In this document: positions 26,910 to 40,597 of the stretch, one piece after another
Position numbering within the stretch: the first letter of the stretch is position 1
Layout of the letters: every line of letters begins with the position of its first letter
Assembly: GCA_951406725.2 (NCBI GenBank)
Contig: OX597826.1
Location: 8,246,001 to 8,310,000 of the forward strand
Direction: 5' to 3'
Source: Octopus vulgaris
Taxonomy: Eukaryota
Length of the DNA stretch: 64,000 nucleotides
Position numbers and translations under genes: made by a program
Notes under the pieces: model-generated
What the model saw: the letters and a program-made list of their open reading frames with translations, nothing else
Told to the model about the DNA's origin: nothing
The model's database searches: none

Positions 26910-27068
26910 GCGATGGGCTTCTTCCAATTTACGTCCACCAAACTCACTCAAAAGGCTTTGCTCGGACGAGTTATGGAAGAAAACACCCAATTTTCCCAGT
27001 AACGGGACAGAACCCGGAATCATGTGGTTGCGGAGCAAACTTCTTGCCACTCATCCACATCCGCGCTT
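26590..27068 (-). mobile_element. SINE A/B family, decayed full length
   Basis: B half (ttttacttgtttcagtca..gactgcggccatgctgg), internal CA/TA repeats, A half (gggcttcttcc..aacccggaatcatgtggttg). Confidence 0.82.
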
Positions 27069-27542
27069 ATGTTATGGTGAAATTTTTTCCGATTTCATTA
27101 TTTACGAATTTTCTGGCATAGGGATGTAACAACCAGTATATTTTCGAACTGTAATATATATATACATATCTACCAGTTGCATGATGCCTTAAATTGTCTG
27201 CTACATAAATCCTTGGTAATGTCATAAAATGTTTCTGGTAGATGTCATAATTTCTAGATATAATAAATAATACCTTCTGAAACTCAGCAGGATCTTTGAG
27301 GTGCAGCATCCCTTAAGGTTTAGTGTAGCAAATTTTTATGCTGAGAATAAAGCAGTGACTACACTATGTACCTTCACTTTTGATGTTATATGCTGTATTC
27401 GATGCTATAAGGCAACGATTTCTAACTGTTACATATGTAACATTCTTATGTAAAATACTTGTGATTATTACGTGTGGTTGAGGAAAGCCTACTTAACAGG
27501 AACAGAGAAATGCTGGCTGTTTTGAGAGTTAGGCTGTGAGGC

Positions 27543-27598
<56 letters not shown>

Positions 27599-27606
27599 TG
27601 TGTGTG

Positions 27607-27680
<74 letters not shown>

Positions 27681-28578
27681 TACACAGATACATATTGTGT
27701 CTACGGGTGCGTAGGTAAGTGTGCATAAAGCAACAATTTATCTGCTTCTTTCTGAAGACTTTCAATATCCATGCGCATAGACACAAACAAACAGGCGCGT
27801 GCATATATTTCAAAATATATTTAAAAACACGACTGTTTCTCGCGTTGTTTATTTTTGTTGGTTTTTGTCTTTTGTTTTTCCAGTTATCTTATATTTTCAT
27901 GATAATTTCTTGCAGTTTGACGTCCCTATTATACACTTACAGCGAGGTGAATTTGAAAATCTCTACAAAATACAAAATTAAAAGAAAGCTTTGGAGTAAA
28001 ATATGAGCAAACAACACAATTATCGTTTAAGCCTACACAGAATTCCTTACAAAATAAGCGATTAATAACTGAAATAAGTAATGTTAAAGGTATAGAACGA
28101 TGCGAAAATAAACTTACAAATAGCATCAGCTAAATGTAAGCAAATCAAGAGCAAAAAGAAATACTTCCTAGCTGGTGAGATAAAATCCCAAATGTCGAAA
28201 GCTCAAATTCCGCCGGAAATGTCAGCACCAATTATGATGGCTGCTCTAATATGATGTGACAGCACCTAGGGAAAAACATGACGTATTTCACTTTCAAAAT
28301 GTGACTGTAAAACTGCAAGGTACTCATGCAAAAATGTGCGAAACCCGTAACAGAAAGCTGAAATCGCAACACGGTCGTATTTATAAAACATGTTTAAAAG
28401 AAAAGCTGTGTTTTCGATATACAATTATGTACGAGTGTATGATACGGTCTGCCTTTCTGTGTGTACACGATTTGTATAGAGACCATGACAAGCAGCTTCG
28501 TTACTCAGTGACTATATAAATATTTCACTGTTATATGTATTGTGTTATCTCTTCTTTTCCCTTATAATTTACATTACA

Positions 28579-28937
28579 CTAGCACTATGACCCGGCATCG
28601 GCGGGTCATAGTGCTAGTTCATGCATATACAGCTGCGTGTGTGCGCACATACACGCGAGTACTGTCCAAATCTCCGACCAATCACATACAGCTAACTGGC
28701 ATTCAATTGGCGTATCAAGTTTCAGGAATTTTGATTGGGTTTTGGATACAAAATTCACAAAAAAAGTCACTTCTATTGATTTTTTAATGGCTTTGCGGGG
28801 TGACTGGGGAAATGTTCACGACCACTCTTGAACGGCTTTGAATGATCATAGAAAGTGGGAGCCCTCTAACTGAACAATTGTGGATTTGTATAAAGGACAC
28901 ACACACACACAGACCTTTTGCCGTTTATATATAGAGA
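28579..28937 (-). mobile_element. Non-autonomous Helitron
   Basis: Minus strand begins a|TCtctatatataaa (28937), carries a short (TG)n, and ends with a GC-rich hairpin gacccg..cgggtc followed by atagtgCTAG|t (28579). This gives 5'-TC, 3'-CTAG, a subterminal hairpin, insertion between A and T, and no TSD. Confidence 0.8.
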
Positions 28938-28980
28938 TTATTGTCTTCGAGTGTTAATGGATGTACAAGTGAGTGGATAA

Positions 28981-29050
<70 letters not shown>

Positions 29051-29839
29051 TGATTGATTGATTGATTGTTGATTAATTGATTGATTGATTGATTGATTGA
29101 TTGATACAAATTTTGATCTAAATGTGACAGATCTGTTATTCATTTATCGTTACCCCTGAACCCTAAATATAACAAAAATTCCCATATCAAACCAGAAAAA
29201 CAATCTCCACCATGCCTTTCTCTTAACTCACAGGCTGCAAAAACATACTTTTAACCTATCCTCTCACTTCTTCCCTTTTTGCACAACCACTTCACTTGTC
29301 TTCTACTGTTTTTTTTTTATATTGTAGTCAGGAGTATGGCAGAACTCACCACCAGTTACAGTGAGTCCAAGTATAAAGGGAGGGAAGGAAAAATTATTCT
29401 CTAGCCCAAAACCTGGTCCGTGTAATTACAAAAGAATGAATTGTGGTAAAGACACGCAAATAAAGGCCTCTGAGGATGCTAGTGTTAAACCAGTCGATGA
29501 ACCAAGTTTACCATACAAGAACGCCATGGTGGGATATGAACATAGAAGATCTGGAAAAATATATCGCGTCCTTGTAGGTCCGCCAATACATCGTCCCTGG
29601 ATAGATACGTTTTCAATGACCCTGAAAGGTTGACACAATAGGTTTTTGCTGGATTGAGAATGAGATTGAGATTGAGAATGAATGCCACGAAGCATTAGGT
29701 CAAATGTTTTAACGGCGCTGTTTCGTGTAGATCATTGATTTTCTTCCTGAAAGCAACTCTTGAGCTACTGAGCAACAACAGTAACAACCCCATTTCCTCA
29801 AACCAATAGGAACAGTACATCTAACAAGAGAGTATATAT

Positions 29840-29970
29840 TCCTTTCTACTTTAGGCATAAGACCTGAAATTTTGCCAATCGATTACTTTGATCCCAATGC
29901 TCAGCTGGTATTTATTTCAAAGACCCCAAAAGTATGAAAGGCAAAGCCGATTTCGATGGAATTTGAACGA
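29840..29970 (-). mobile_element. SINE family C fragment
   Basis: ttctactttaggcataagacctgaaattt..atgaaaggcaaagccga..gaatttgaac. Confidence 0.7.
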
Positions 29971-30089
29971 GACCGAGAAAGAAGCATTCGCAACGTATCA
30001 CACAATCTTTCCAAAACCGCACTCTAAGTTCGTTCAAGAAGAAAGAACAACTCATTCCCTTATTAAAACAATTGTCCATGGATGCTTTA

Positions 30090-30370
30090 TCACCTCATTC
30101 TGCCTTTTATGATACCACAGCTATATTCTCTTCTTGAAACTAGCTACTTGCATATCTCCGCCATATCCATCGATCACAACCTTCGCTCCATTTCCTTTCT
30201 CTCTTCACCCATAATGTGAATATACCTCTTCGCGACCCAACAATTAAATACGCTCTCCTTCCTCGAGCCTAATACTTCCAAACTAAAACCTAAGGATTCC
30301 TCTTACTGACCAGGTATTTTTCTGCAAACGTCGAGTAGTAGACATGTCAAACGAAATAACATCTTCAGTC
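30090..30370 (+). mobile_element. Possible heavily decayed CR1/L2-type LINE 3' coding end
   Basis: Fragments resembling LxLFYRYxxxxCSxEL, SHPxxVxIP and SFxPxTSKL appear across several frameshifts. Weak evidence. Confidence 0.35.
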
Positions 30371-30909
30371 TAATCAGTTTCGAAATACCTTCAGCACCTG
30401 TCTACCTTTACATCTTTCACATCAATAAACCAGGCAATATGTAAATATATATAAAAAGATATTAAACAAAACTAAGATCAAATGTAATGAAAAATTAGAT
30501 GAAGTAATTGTACTTCATATATATTCATACTCAACGTTCATTTACAGTTCTTAGCTACAGTAGTTACTGAGATAATTAATCATAGCAAAATCAGATTATA
30601 TATATACATATATATAATTATGTATATATACATATATATAATTATGTAAATATACAAAATGTAATTATGTACATATATATATATATATATATATAATGTA
30701 AATTATGTATATATACATTATGTAAATAATGTATATATACATATAGTGCGTGAGTGCGTGTATGTATAAGTATGTATATGTATACATATGCATGTCTATA
30801 GTTTGCATGTAACTGTGTATATAAAGATGGAAGATAGAGATAAATTGATTGATAGATAGATAGAAAGATAAACAGACAGGTGGACAGACAGACAGACAGA
30901 CAGACAGAC

Positions 30910-30982
<73 letters not shown>

Positions 30983-31392
30983 TCAATTATATTTATTACC
31001 CGAAGTCTATATGATTGAGTGGATGTTGCGCAATATATTTGCGATATATTTGTGCTTTCATCTGCAAAATTAAAACACAGATAGCAGCAAAAGTCATATT
31101 AAGTAAAAACAAAATGCAAAAGTGTGAGTTGAGAGAAGCAAAAAGGATAGTTAGTAGGAGTCGGGGATTGTGAGAATGACCAGGTAGTATATGGTCGACG
31201 TCCAGATCATACTGCTTCATAGATTTTCTTCTTATTTACAGCAACGTTTCGTAAACATTTCGCCCCACATACTTCAACCTTATCCGCCAAATTTGCGACC
31301 CAATATGAAGGGACAAAGAATATGTGTGCAATTATGTGTATATACTCACACACACACACACGCGCGCGCGTGTATGTTTGTATTTGTGTGTG

Positions 31393-31433
<41 letters not shown>

Positions 31434-31552
31434 TGTAAGTTACTGCTGAACGCTAGGTCTGAAATTTTCAGCCGTTGTAAACATATATCTAAATACATTT
31501 GGACGAATCAGAAAATCTGCTAGTAACCAATTAACATATTTCTAGCCTTATA

Positions 31553-31846
31553 ATTTGGTAGACGGGAACTGAAAGAAACCCGTTCTATATATATGTGTGT
31601 TTGTGCGTGTCAGTGTGTGTATGTGTGTGTGTGTGTGTGTATTTGTGAGTCTATGTTTGTCCTCCACCATCGCTTGACAACTGATGTTGGTGTGTTTACG
31701 TCCCCGTAGCTTAGCGGTTCGGCATAAAGAGGCCGGCAGAATAAGTACTAGGCTTACAAATAATAAGTCCTAGGGTCGATTCGTTCAACTAAAGCCGTGC
31801 TCCAGCATAGTGGCCGTCAAATGACCGAAATAAAGAAATAAAAGAA
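31553..31846 (+). mobile_element. SINE A/B family, 5'-truncated
   Basis: atttggtagacgggaactgaaagaaacccg, (TG)n, then ccaccatcgcttgacaac..ttagcggttcggca..gtgctccagcatagtggccgtcaaatgac. Confidence 0.88.
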
Positions 31847-31870
31847 TATATATATATATACGTATGTATG

Positions 31871-31917
<47 letters not shown>

Positions 31918-31938
31918 ACACTCACGCATATGTATATG

Positions 31939-31971
<33 letters not shown>

Positions 31972-32188
31972 GTATATAATTTCTCAATTGTTGACAAAAT
32001 AAGCGGGTCGACACATATTTGATATCTTGGTATATTTTCTGAACCGAATTTTTAATGCTAGTTTTAGTTTCCTACAAAAAAACATTTCCTTTTCATAATG
32101 CAATATCGGTTTTTTCAACAAGAACAACACGCCTGAAACAGGTGTAGTTAACCTCAAACCATTTGTGTTTTCTCTCTATACGTACATG

Positions 32189-32250
<62 letters not shown>

Positions 32251-32345
32251 GTATGGGTATTTGTATGTATGTATGTATGAATATATATATGTATGAGTAT
32301 ATATATATATATATATATATGTATATACTCATACATATATATATT

Positions 32346-32414
<69 letters not shown>

Positions 32415-32791
32415 AGAGAGAGAGAGAAGCAATTGCAGATGCAGCATGGAATTTTGTCAGTGAAGAGATCGCGGTCTCAAAGCGATGAAAATATTTTGGC
32501 AAATTAAATTTAAATGTTGAAGTGAATCTAACAGTTTTTGTGTTTTTCTTAAATGGCTTATAAGCACCGTCATCGCTGCAATAGTTTTCGTTCCAGCACA
32601 CGATCTCAGATCAGGTCACTTGCTATGCAAGTACTTCTCCGTAATAATATATATGTATATATATTATATTAGAGATAAAACCACTATTAGGCAAATCATA
32701 CAATGAAAAACGTGTAAGCCAATACATAAGATTAATTCATTTATATTATTTAAATATATATCAAAATTATTAAAAAAGATAATTAATATAA

Positions 32792-32855
32792 CACTACGAT
32801 CGTTTCATGGCTGTCCAATTCTTAAAATTTTCGAGTTACAGTCATTCTTCAGGTG
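32792..32855 (-). ncRNA. Type I hammerhead ribozyme motif (left arm)
   Basis: Reverse complement of 32903-32966. Confidence 0.7.
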
Positions 32856-32902
32856 GTTTAAATATTTATCTTGGCGAGGTTTAATCAATTAAATATTTAA
32901 AC

Positions 32903-32966
32903 CACCTGAAGAATGACTGTAACTCGAAAATTTCAAGAATTGGACAGCCATGAAACGATCGTAGTG
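32903..32966 (+). ncRNA. Type I hammerhead ribozyme motif (right arm)
   Basis: cac-CTGAAGA-atgactgt..acagccat-GAAAC-gatc-GTA-gtg: helix I cac/gtg, helix II atgactgt/acagccat, minimal helix III with palindromic acgatcgt. Predicted cleavage after 32963. Confidence 0.72.
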
Positions 32967-33176
32967 TTATATTAATTATCTTTTTTAATAATTTTGATAT
33001 ATATTTAAATAATATAAATGAATTAATCTTATGTATTGGCTTAAGTTTTTCATTGTATGATTTGCCTAATAGTGGTTTTATCTCTAATTTAATATAATAT
33101 AATATTTTACTATAAAATTGGATTCAATCCTAAATCTGATTTTTCCCTGTAAGTTTAGATTTATTCCCTAATATTT

Positions 33177-33223
<47 letters not shown>

Positions 33224-33933
33224 TGTATTTATGTACCTGCATATATTCTGTATGTAGGTTTATATGAGAGCGTGTGCGTATATGCAACGGGCTTCTCTGC
33301 AGTTTCTCTCGGAGAAATTTTACTCACAAATCGTTAATCATTCCTGAACTGCAGTTGGAATTACTTACGAAACCAAAACCCCGCTTGTGCAATGGTAATA
33401 TCGAACCTGAAATAAAGGTTGTTAGTGAATGAAAACGTAACTACACAGCCTCCCATCACACCATCTTTTTCCTTTCTTTTTTTTCCTTTCCTTTTTCTTT
33501 TTTTTTTTTTTTTTTGTAATCGTAATATAGTTCCGATGATGGTTGCGGCGAAGTGTAGATAAATGCTGAAACATTGTGGAGCCTAAAATGACGCTTAACT
33601 TTCTCAATTTCTGCACACAGCAGCCATCTTGGCAGCATGTGATTGCTTCGCGTAAAATACGTACCCAAGTGATATGATCTACTTAATGCTTACACTGCAT
33701 TATTACACATAATTTCAGTGAAATTCAGATAAAACGCTGCAATAATGCGTAGTCAAATTACACTACGCGTGTAAGTTGTCGTTTTTAAATGAATGACTCC
33801 CAAGCGAAAGAACAATTTGCAACCAGAGACTGCTACGTAACTACATAATATCTGTTACAAAGCATTCGCGCATTCTCGCCGAAAACTTAACGAAATCAAC
33901 AGACGCCACTAAAACTTCAAATAATACTACTGC

Positions 33934-33971
<38 letters not shown>

Positions 33972-34144
33972 AGAAGGAAAAAGAAAAGTAGGAGGAATGG
34001 GAGGAGGAGAGAAAGAAGAAAAGAAAAAAGAGGAGGTGGAAGGGGAGGATGAGAAGGAGAAGAAGAAAAAGAAGAAGAAAGAAAAAGAAGAAAGTTGACA
34101 TGAGGATGAAAGTATGATGATTTTGACAAAGACGATGAAGAGGA

Positions 34145-34244
<100 letters not shown>

Positions 34245-34247
34245 TAT

Positions 34248-34412
<165 letters not shown>

Positions 34413-34862
34413 CCTACTATACCTATCCATACTCTCTCACACCCACATACACATGCGCCTACACGCACACACAGGAATATAAAATTACAACGTTGAAGAA
34501 TCTTTGTAAATATAATTCATTTAGAAATTCGGGATATTAGTTTTATCACCCGTTACCAAAGCTATCGTTACAAAGAAGGAAATAACACACACTCATACAC
34601 ACTTGCATTTACTAAGTAGTGCAAAGGTAATAAGAACTGGTTCCCTTCCGTGTTTCTTAAATTAATACCTCGTGTTGCTTTCTGCAACTCGTAAAAGAGA
34701 AAAAAGTACAGTGAAAAGATAAATGGATGCAGAAAGTGCGGACGCCTTCCTGTCAGGTTTTGTTTTATCCCTGGTAAATCATGATCGATTAAACTTATGA
34801 TTTATATTATTTCAGATATAAACTTTCAGTCTTTTATCTCTATATTGTACAAGAGATTAATG

Positions 34863-35155
34863 TTGTTCCTTCTTGAGCCATGCCTGTCTCATAAGGGCCG
34901 GTTTCCTTGGTGTATAGGCTCCCCACCTGGACGGGAGACCGGTCCGTCGCAGGTGAGCTGCAAGATGCAGGAGGAAAGAGTGGGAGAAAATTGTGGCGAA
35001 AGAGTCAGCAGAGGTTCGCCATTACCTTCTGCCGGAGTCGCGTGGAGCTTAGGTGTTTCGCTTGAGAACACACACAACATACGGTCTGAGATTCGAACCC
35101 GCGACCCCTCGACCGCGAGTCCGCTGCTCTAACCACTAAGCCATGTGCCTCCACT
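34863..35155 (-). mobile_element. SINE family E (tail type 2), full length with TSD
   Basis: Minus strand gtggaggcacatggcttagtggttagagc..gggttcgaatctc head and aaacacctaagctccacg body. 11-bp TSD agagattaatg at 34852-34862 and 35156-35166. Confidence 0.92.
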
Positions 35156-35973
35156 AGAGATTAATGAAGTAAGATTGATCCAAAAATTGCGAGCTTTATT
35201 GTCTCAGGTGTAGTTCGAATCCGTGTAAGCTCTCATCAATTAGAAAGATGACAGGGAAATTCAGTCCAGGATAAGAGCATCTTTTATTTAGATATAAATT
35301 TCGTGGACCACGTCAAGTGTTTGATTCTCTTCCTAAGAACGTAAGGGGTCAATTATAGTTACAGTTTTATTTTAAATTTTTTTATCTTTTATCAGTTATT
35401 CCATTTCAGTAATTAAACTACGGCCCTGCGAGGGCACTGTCTTGAATTACTTTTCGCTGAATGCGTTAACCCCCAGTATTTATCGTTTTAACTTTGGAAC
35501 TTACTCTATTGGTATCTTTTGCCAAACTGCTAGCAAGCGGGAACGTAAACACGACAAAACTGGTTGTCGAGCGGTGACAGGGGGACCAACACAGACAGAA
35601 ACACACATACACATATATGTATACATAGATTCATACATACATACATACGTACATAAATACATACAATATAGAGAATATCTATACTGAACTATTGAGGAAT
35701 CTGCAGTTACTCTATACGGATTACAAGTTCAGGTTTATATCTCTGGTTATTGAGGACCCGGTATATGTGACACACAGCCTAAATATCTTGAGGAATTAGG
35801 CTTATCAAAACCATAAACGATAAAGCTAATTCGAAGACGACAGATCCAATCCATCACTAGAACTGTAAAAATCTGTAAAACATTCTCGAAGCTTAGCATT
35901 TAAATGTATATGAGCTTGTCTAGATATGCAACTATATACAGGAGAATACATACATAGAGCAAAACATACAAAA

Positions 35974-36053
<80 letters not shown>

Positions 36054-36730
36054 CAAAATACGCTGTTGTTGATGTGGAAATTCCAATGAAGGAGCCTTGG
36101 ATCTAGGTTAGAAACTGACTCTCTCTCTATTGGCAAAAAATCTTGAAATAAACTGAACAATAGCATACATACATATATACATACATACATAAACACTTTT
36201 GATTACGCGTGTGTGTGTGTGTGAGTGTGAGTATGGGCGTGCCTGCATGGGTGTACCCGTTTGAGTGCATGTGTGCGTGCGTGCGCATGTGTGCGTGTAT
36301 GCGTGCGTGTGTGTGTGTGTGTGTGCGTGTACATGCGCGCACGCGTGTGTGTGTGTGTATAACATACGAGAAAAAGCGAAACTGAGATTCAAGGCATTCT
36401 TTATTAATCACTACGATTGTTTGGACCCATCATGCATTGGGTCCTCGCGGGTGAGATTCTGTGCAAATAGTCGTGATGCATCATTCGGTGAAGAGGCATC
36501 TCCTGAGGTGATTTTTTCAATAGGTAACTCGTTCTGTAATCTACATTTCACTTATGTTTAGAATACATTTAGGCATTTGCCTGAAGCTTGTGACGTACAG
36601 GAGAAAACATCAGTTAGAAAAAAATGATTTAGGTAGGCGAATACAAGGGACGTGCTTTAAACGGCATACTACTTATGTGTGCGTGTGTGTGTGTGTGAAT
36701 TTAGAGAGCAAATGAGCGATAGAGAAACAT

Positions 36731-36796
<66 letters not shown>

Positions 36797-36806
36797 GTAT
36801 GTATAT

Positions 36807-37160
36807 AGGCGCCTGAGTAGCTGTGTGGTAAGGAACTTGTTTTCCAGCCACATGGTTCCGGGTCAGTCCCACTGCATGGCACCTTGGGCAAGTGCCTTCT
36901 ACTATAGACTCGAGCCTACCAAAGCCGTGTGTGTGAGTGTGTGTGTGTGTGTATGTGTGTGTGTGTGTGTGTTCCCCCACCATCGCTTGACAACCGACGT
37001 TGGTGTTTACGTCCTTGTAACTTAGAGGTTCGGCCTAAGTGACCCATAGAAAAAGTGCTAGGCTTACAAAGAATAAATCCTGGAGTAGAGTTCTTCGACT
37101 AAAGGCGCTGCTCCAGCATGGCTACAGTCAAAATGACTGAAGCAAATAAAAGAATAAGAA
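36807..37160 (+). mobile_element. SINE A/B family
   Basis: aggcgcctgagtagctgtgtggtaag head, (TG)n, and B half ending ctccagcatggctacagtcaaaatgactgaa. Confidence 0.88.
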
Positions 37161-37238
37161 AATATACACACGCACATATGTCTGCGTATGTGTATACGAT
37201 TGTGTGTATATGCGTGTATCGTAAATTTTTAATACTTT

Positions 37239-37452
37239 TGGCTGTGTGATAAGTAGCTTGCTTACCAACCACATGGTTCCTGGTTCAGTCCCACAGCGTG
37301 GCACCTTGAGCAAATGTCTTCTACTATAGCCTCGGGCCAACCGAAGCATTGTGAGTGGATTTGGTAGACGGAAACTGAAAGAAGCCAGTCGTATATATTG
37401 TATGTATGTATGTATGTATGTATGTATGTATGTATGTATGTATGTATGTATG

Positions 37453-37532
<80 letters not shown>

Positions 37533-37874
37533 TAATCCAAACAAGAAAACACAGAAAAAAAGAGTAAAAAAGGGGAAAAAAACACAGCAACGCAGGACGT
37601 GGAACAATTAAAGTATTATTGACGCTCAGGAAAGAAGGGAAGGAGGGTTTAACGTTTCGAGCGGAGCTCTTCGTCGGAAACAAGGAGAAGGAAAGATCCC
37701 CAAGAGGGAAGACAGAGGAGACAATATTTGAGCTGGTGGTGCTTAAGAGATCACATGTTGAAAGGACAGAATTTGAAGGTAGTTGAAAAATGGTTTTATA
37801 ATGCAAGAGAGTTCCAAAAAAAGGGAATGCCTGTGTGTGTGTGTGTGTGTGCAAGATGACAAGTGTGTTTGTGC

Positions 37875-37910
<36 letters not shown>

Positions 37911-37936
37911 TTTTGGTATGTATGTATGTATGTATG

Positions 37937-37987
<51 letters not shown>

Positions 37988-38190
37988 ATGTACGTGTGTG
38001 TGTAGGTTTTTGTGTCTGTGTTTGTCACCGCTTGACAACCGATTCTGGTGTGTTTACGTCCACGTGACTTAGTGGTTCGGCAAAAGCGACCGATAAGAAT
38101 AAGTCCTGGGGTCGATTTGCTCCACTAAAGGGGGTGCTCCAGCATGGCCACAGTCAAATGACTGAAACAAGTAAAAGAGTAAAAGAGTAA
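37239..38190 (+). mobile_element. SINE A/B family split by insertions into its internal microsatellite
   Basis: A half 37239-37395 and B half ~38010-38190 are on the same strand. Between them lie (TATG)n(TA)n, the H2 element 37528-37722 and more repeats. Confidence 0.75.
37528..37722 (-). mobile_element. Family H2 element with minimal hammerhead-like motif
   Basis: Minus strand of 37647-37681 reads gttt-CCGACGA-aGAGCtccGCTC-GAAAcGTT-aaac. The downstream ttcctgagcg..aataata..gttccac matches 43888-44071. The 3' end abuts (TA)n. Confidence 0.72.
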
Positions 38191-38443
38191 GCAAAAAACA
38201 TCGCAAAACACAGACGGTATGTGTGTATGTGTACCTGTACATACGCAATGTGTGTGTACGTGTGAATGCATTCGACTGTATACATATGTGTCTATGTCTA
38301 TATATGTATGCCTGAATTCTTAGATATGTTTGTGCGCGTGTACATGCATGTGTTTGTGTGTGTGTGTGTGTGAGTGTGATTGAGTAACACGAATAGCATT
38401 GGTTGTGATGGCAGCATGATGGAGTTGTGTATGGTACTTTTTT

Positions 38444-38452
<9 letters not shown>

Positions 38453-38477
<25 letters not shown>

Positions 38478-38600
38478 GATGATGATGATGACGACGAAGA
38501 TGATGTTGAGGATGATGATGATAATGATGATGATGATGATGATGATGATGAAAGTGATGATGATAAGAATGATGATGATGATGATGATGATGAAAACGAC

Positions 38601-38632
<32 letters not shown>

Positions 38633-38678
38633 CGACGATGATGATGATGATGGTGATGATGATGACGATGAAAACGAC

Positions 38679-38710
<32 letters not shown>

Positions 38711-38714
38711 CGAC

Positions 38715-38753
<39 letters not shown>

Positions 38754-38802
38754 AACGACGATGATGATGATGATGATGATGATGAAAGTGATGATGACAA
38801 CA

Positions 38803-38833
<31 letters not shown>

Positions 38834-38840
38834 CGACGAC

Positions 38841-38872
<32 letters not shown>

Positions 38873-38905
38873 CGTCGATGGTGGTGGTGGCAGCGGCGGC
38901 GGCGG
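38453..38905. repeat. (GAT)n/(GAC)n trinucleotide array
   Basis: Direct reading. Recurrent variants gaaaacgac (3x) and gaaagtgat (2x). Confidence 0.98.
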
Positions 38906-39023
38906 TAGTGTTGATGGTAGCGTCGGGGAAAATAGGGTGAAATCGGTTGGTCAGGATTGGACGGGACTCGGTGGGTTGGTGGATTGGTGGGTCGGTCGGT
39001 CGGTCGGGGTGGAGATGCAAGCC

Positions 39024-39031
39024 AGAGAGAG

Positions 39032-39114
<83 letters not shown>

Positions 39115-39159
39115 GAAGAGAGAGAAAGAGAGAGAGGGAGAGAGGGAAAGATGGAGAGA

Positions 39160-39197
<38 letters not shown>

Positions 39198-39258
39198 AAG
39201 AGAGAGAGGAAGAGAGAGAAAAAGAGAGAGAAGGAGAGAGAGTGTGAGAGAGAGACGA

Positions 39259-39292
<34 letters not shown>

Positions 39293-39298
39293 TGAGAG
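39024..39298. repeat. (GA)n polypurine tract
   Basis: Direct reading. Confidence 0.98.
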
Positions 39299-39654
39299 TC
39301 AGCTGTCTGTAGAGAAAGGAAAGCAAGAATTGCGGCGTCATGTTAAAAGAATAATCTAGATATGATTTTGTGTGGAGAGTAGGTGTTATTGAGTTAAATG
39401 GCGCGAAAAGACGATATTAACAACAACAACAAAAAAAAACTATGACAACGGCAACAATAACAATAGCAACAACAGGAACAAGAGAAATAATATGAAAAAC
39501 ACCAACGGTAACAATAGGGAAAACAACAATGAGAACGAGGGAGGGAATGTTAAGAACAACAATAACAACGGCAGAAATAGAAATAATGGCAACTGGTGGA
39601 GGCTGAGAGTCTTGGAGAGAAGAAATAAGATCTGGTTCTGACAATATTGGTATG

Positions 39655-39766
39655 AAGATCGATGATGATGAAAAAGGCGACGATGATGATGATGATGATG
39701 AAGATAACGATGATGATGGTAATGATGACGACGACGACGACGACGACGATGATGATGATGATGATA

Positions 39767-39799
<33 letters not shown>

Positions 39800-39922
39800 G
39801 TGATGGTGATGATGAGGACGATGATGATGATGATGATGATCAAATCCCGCCGAAGACAACTATGTCTTTCAATCATTGCTGGCCTTGTGTCAAAACACCT
39901 AATAACATGATTATTATTATTA

Positions 39923-39998
<76 letters not shown>

Positions 39999-40031
39999 CA
40001 TTATTATTATTATCATTATTATTATTATCAT
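39655..40031. repeat. (GAT)n and (ATT)n arrays
   Basis: Direct reading: 39655-39840 and 39908-40031. Confidence 0.97.
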
Positions 40032-40201
40032 TATTATTATCATTATTATTATGCAAATGTTTACTCGAACAAATCGACCAAAGTACTTATTTAAAAGTCT
40101 GATGCTTTATTTTATCGCTTTGTTTTGTCAAACTGCTAGGTTATAGTATGAAACAAATCAAAATGCCAAGCAATGGTGAGGATCTAGCACAAACGCACAC
40201 A

Positions 40202-40282
<81 letters not shown>

Positions 40283-40597
40283 ACCCATACACACACATAT
40301 ATATGTTGGATTTTCACATACTTTCCGTTCACCAAATTCACTTAACGGCATTGGTCGGCCTTGGGTCTTTAGCAGAATACACTTGAAGGAGCTGTGCATT
40401 TGGGCTGAACCCGTTACCAAGTGATCGCAAAGCGGGTTTCCTAACCACACGGTGATGCCTACACCTATGTATGAGCAAAGGTGAATATGCATTTTATGAA
40501 GTGCATTGGCCAAAACTTGCTATATATCTACATCTGTATACGAAGACCTGTGTTAGATATAATTATCGGGAGAAGCCTCCAGATTTTACGCTAGCAG

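Larger units (their letters stand above)
32661..33180 (+). mobile_element. Family H1 fold-back element, copy 1 (Penelope-like inverted terminal repeat)
   Basis: Arms 32668-32868 and 32890-33088 are near-perfect reverse complements (one substitution, one small indel) around a 21-nt loop tcttggcgaggtttaatcaat. An unpaired ~90-bp extension (33089-33180) follows. TA-rich flanks. Confidence 0.93.

Noticed and set aside
25864-27309. YVADN(H)LRH peptide shared by two short opposite-strand ORFs
   Set aside because: The similarity is limited to about 25 nt with no flanking alignment, so it is probably chance.
29467-29510. Hammerhead-like ctgagga-tgctagt-gttaa-accagt..gaacc
   Set aside because: The GAAA box is broken, helices I and III are not evident, and there is no second copy in the window.
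38427-39359. 310-aa Asp-rich then Glu/Arg-rich ORF resembling an acidic biomineralisation protein
   Set aside because: It is made entirely of (GAT)n and (GA)n arrays, overlapping frames on both strands are also open, and similar arrays recur across the window.
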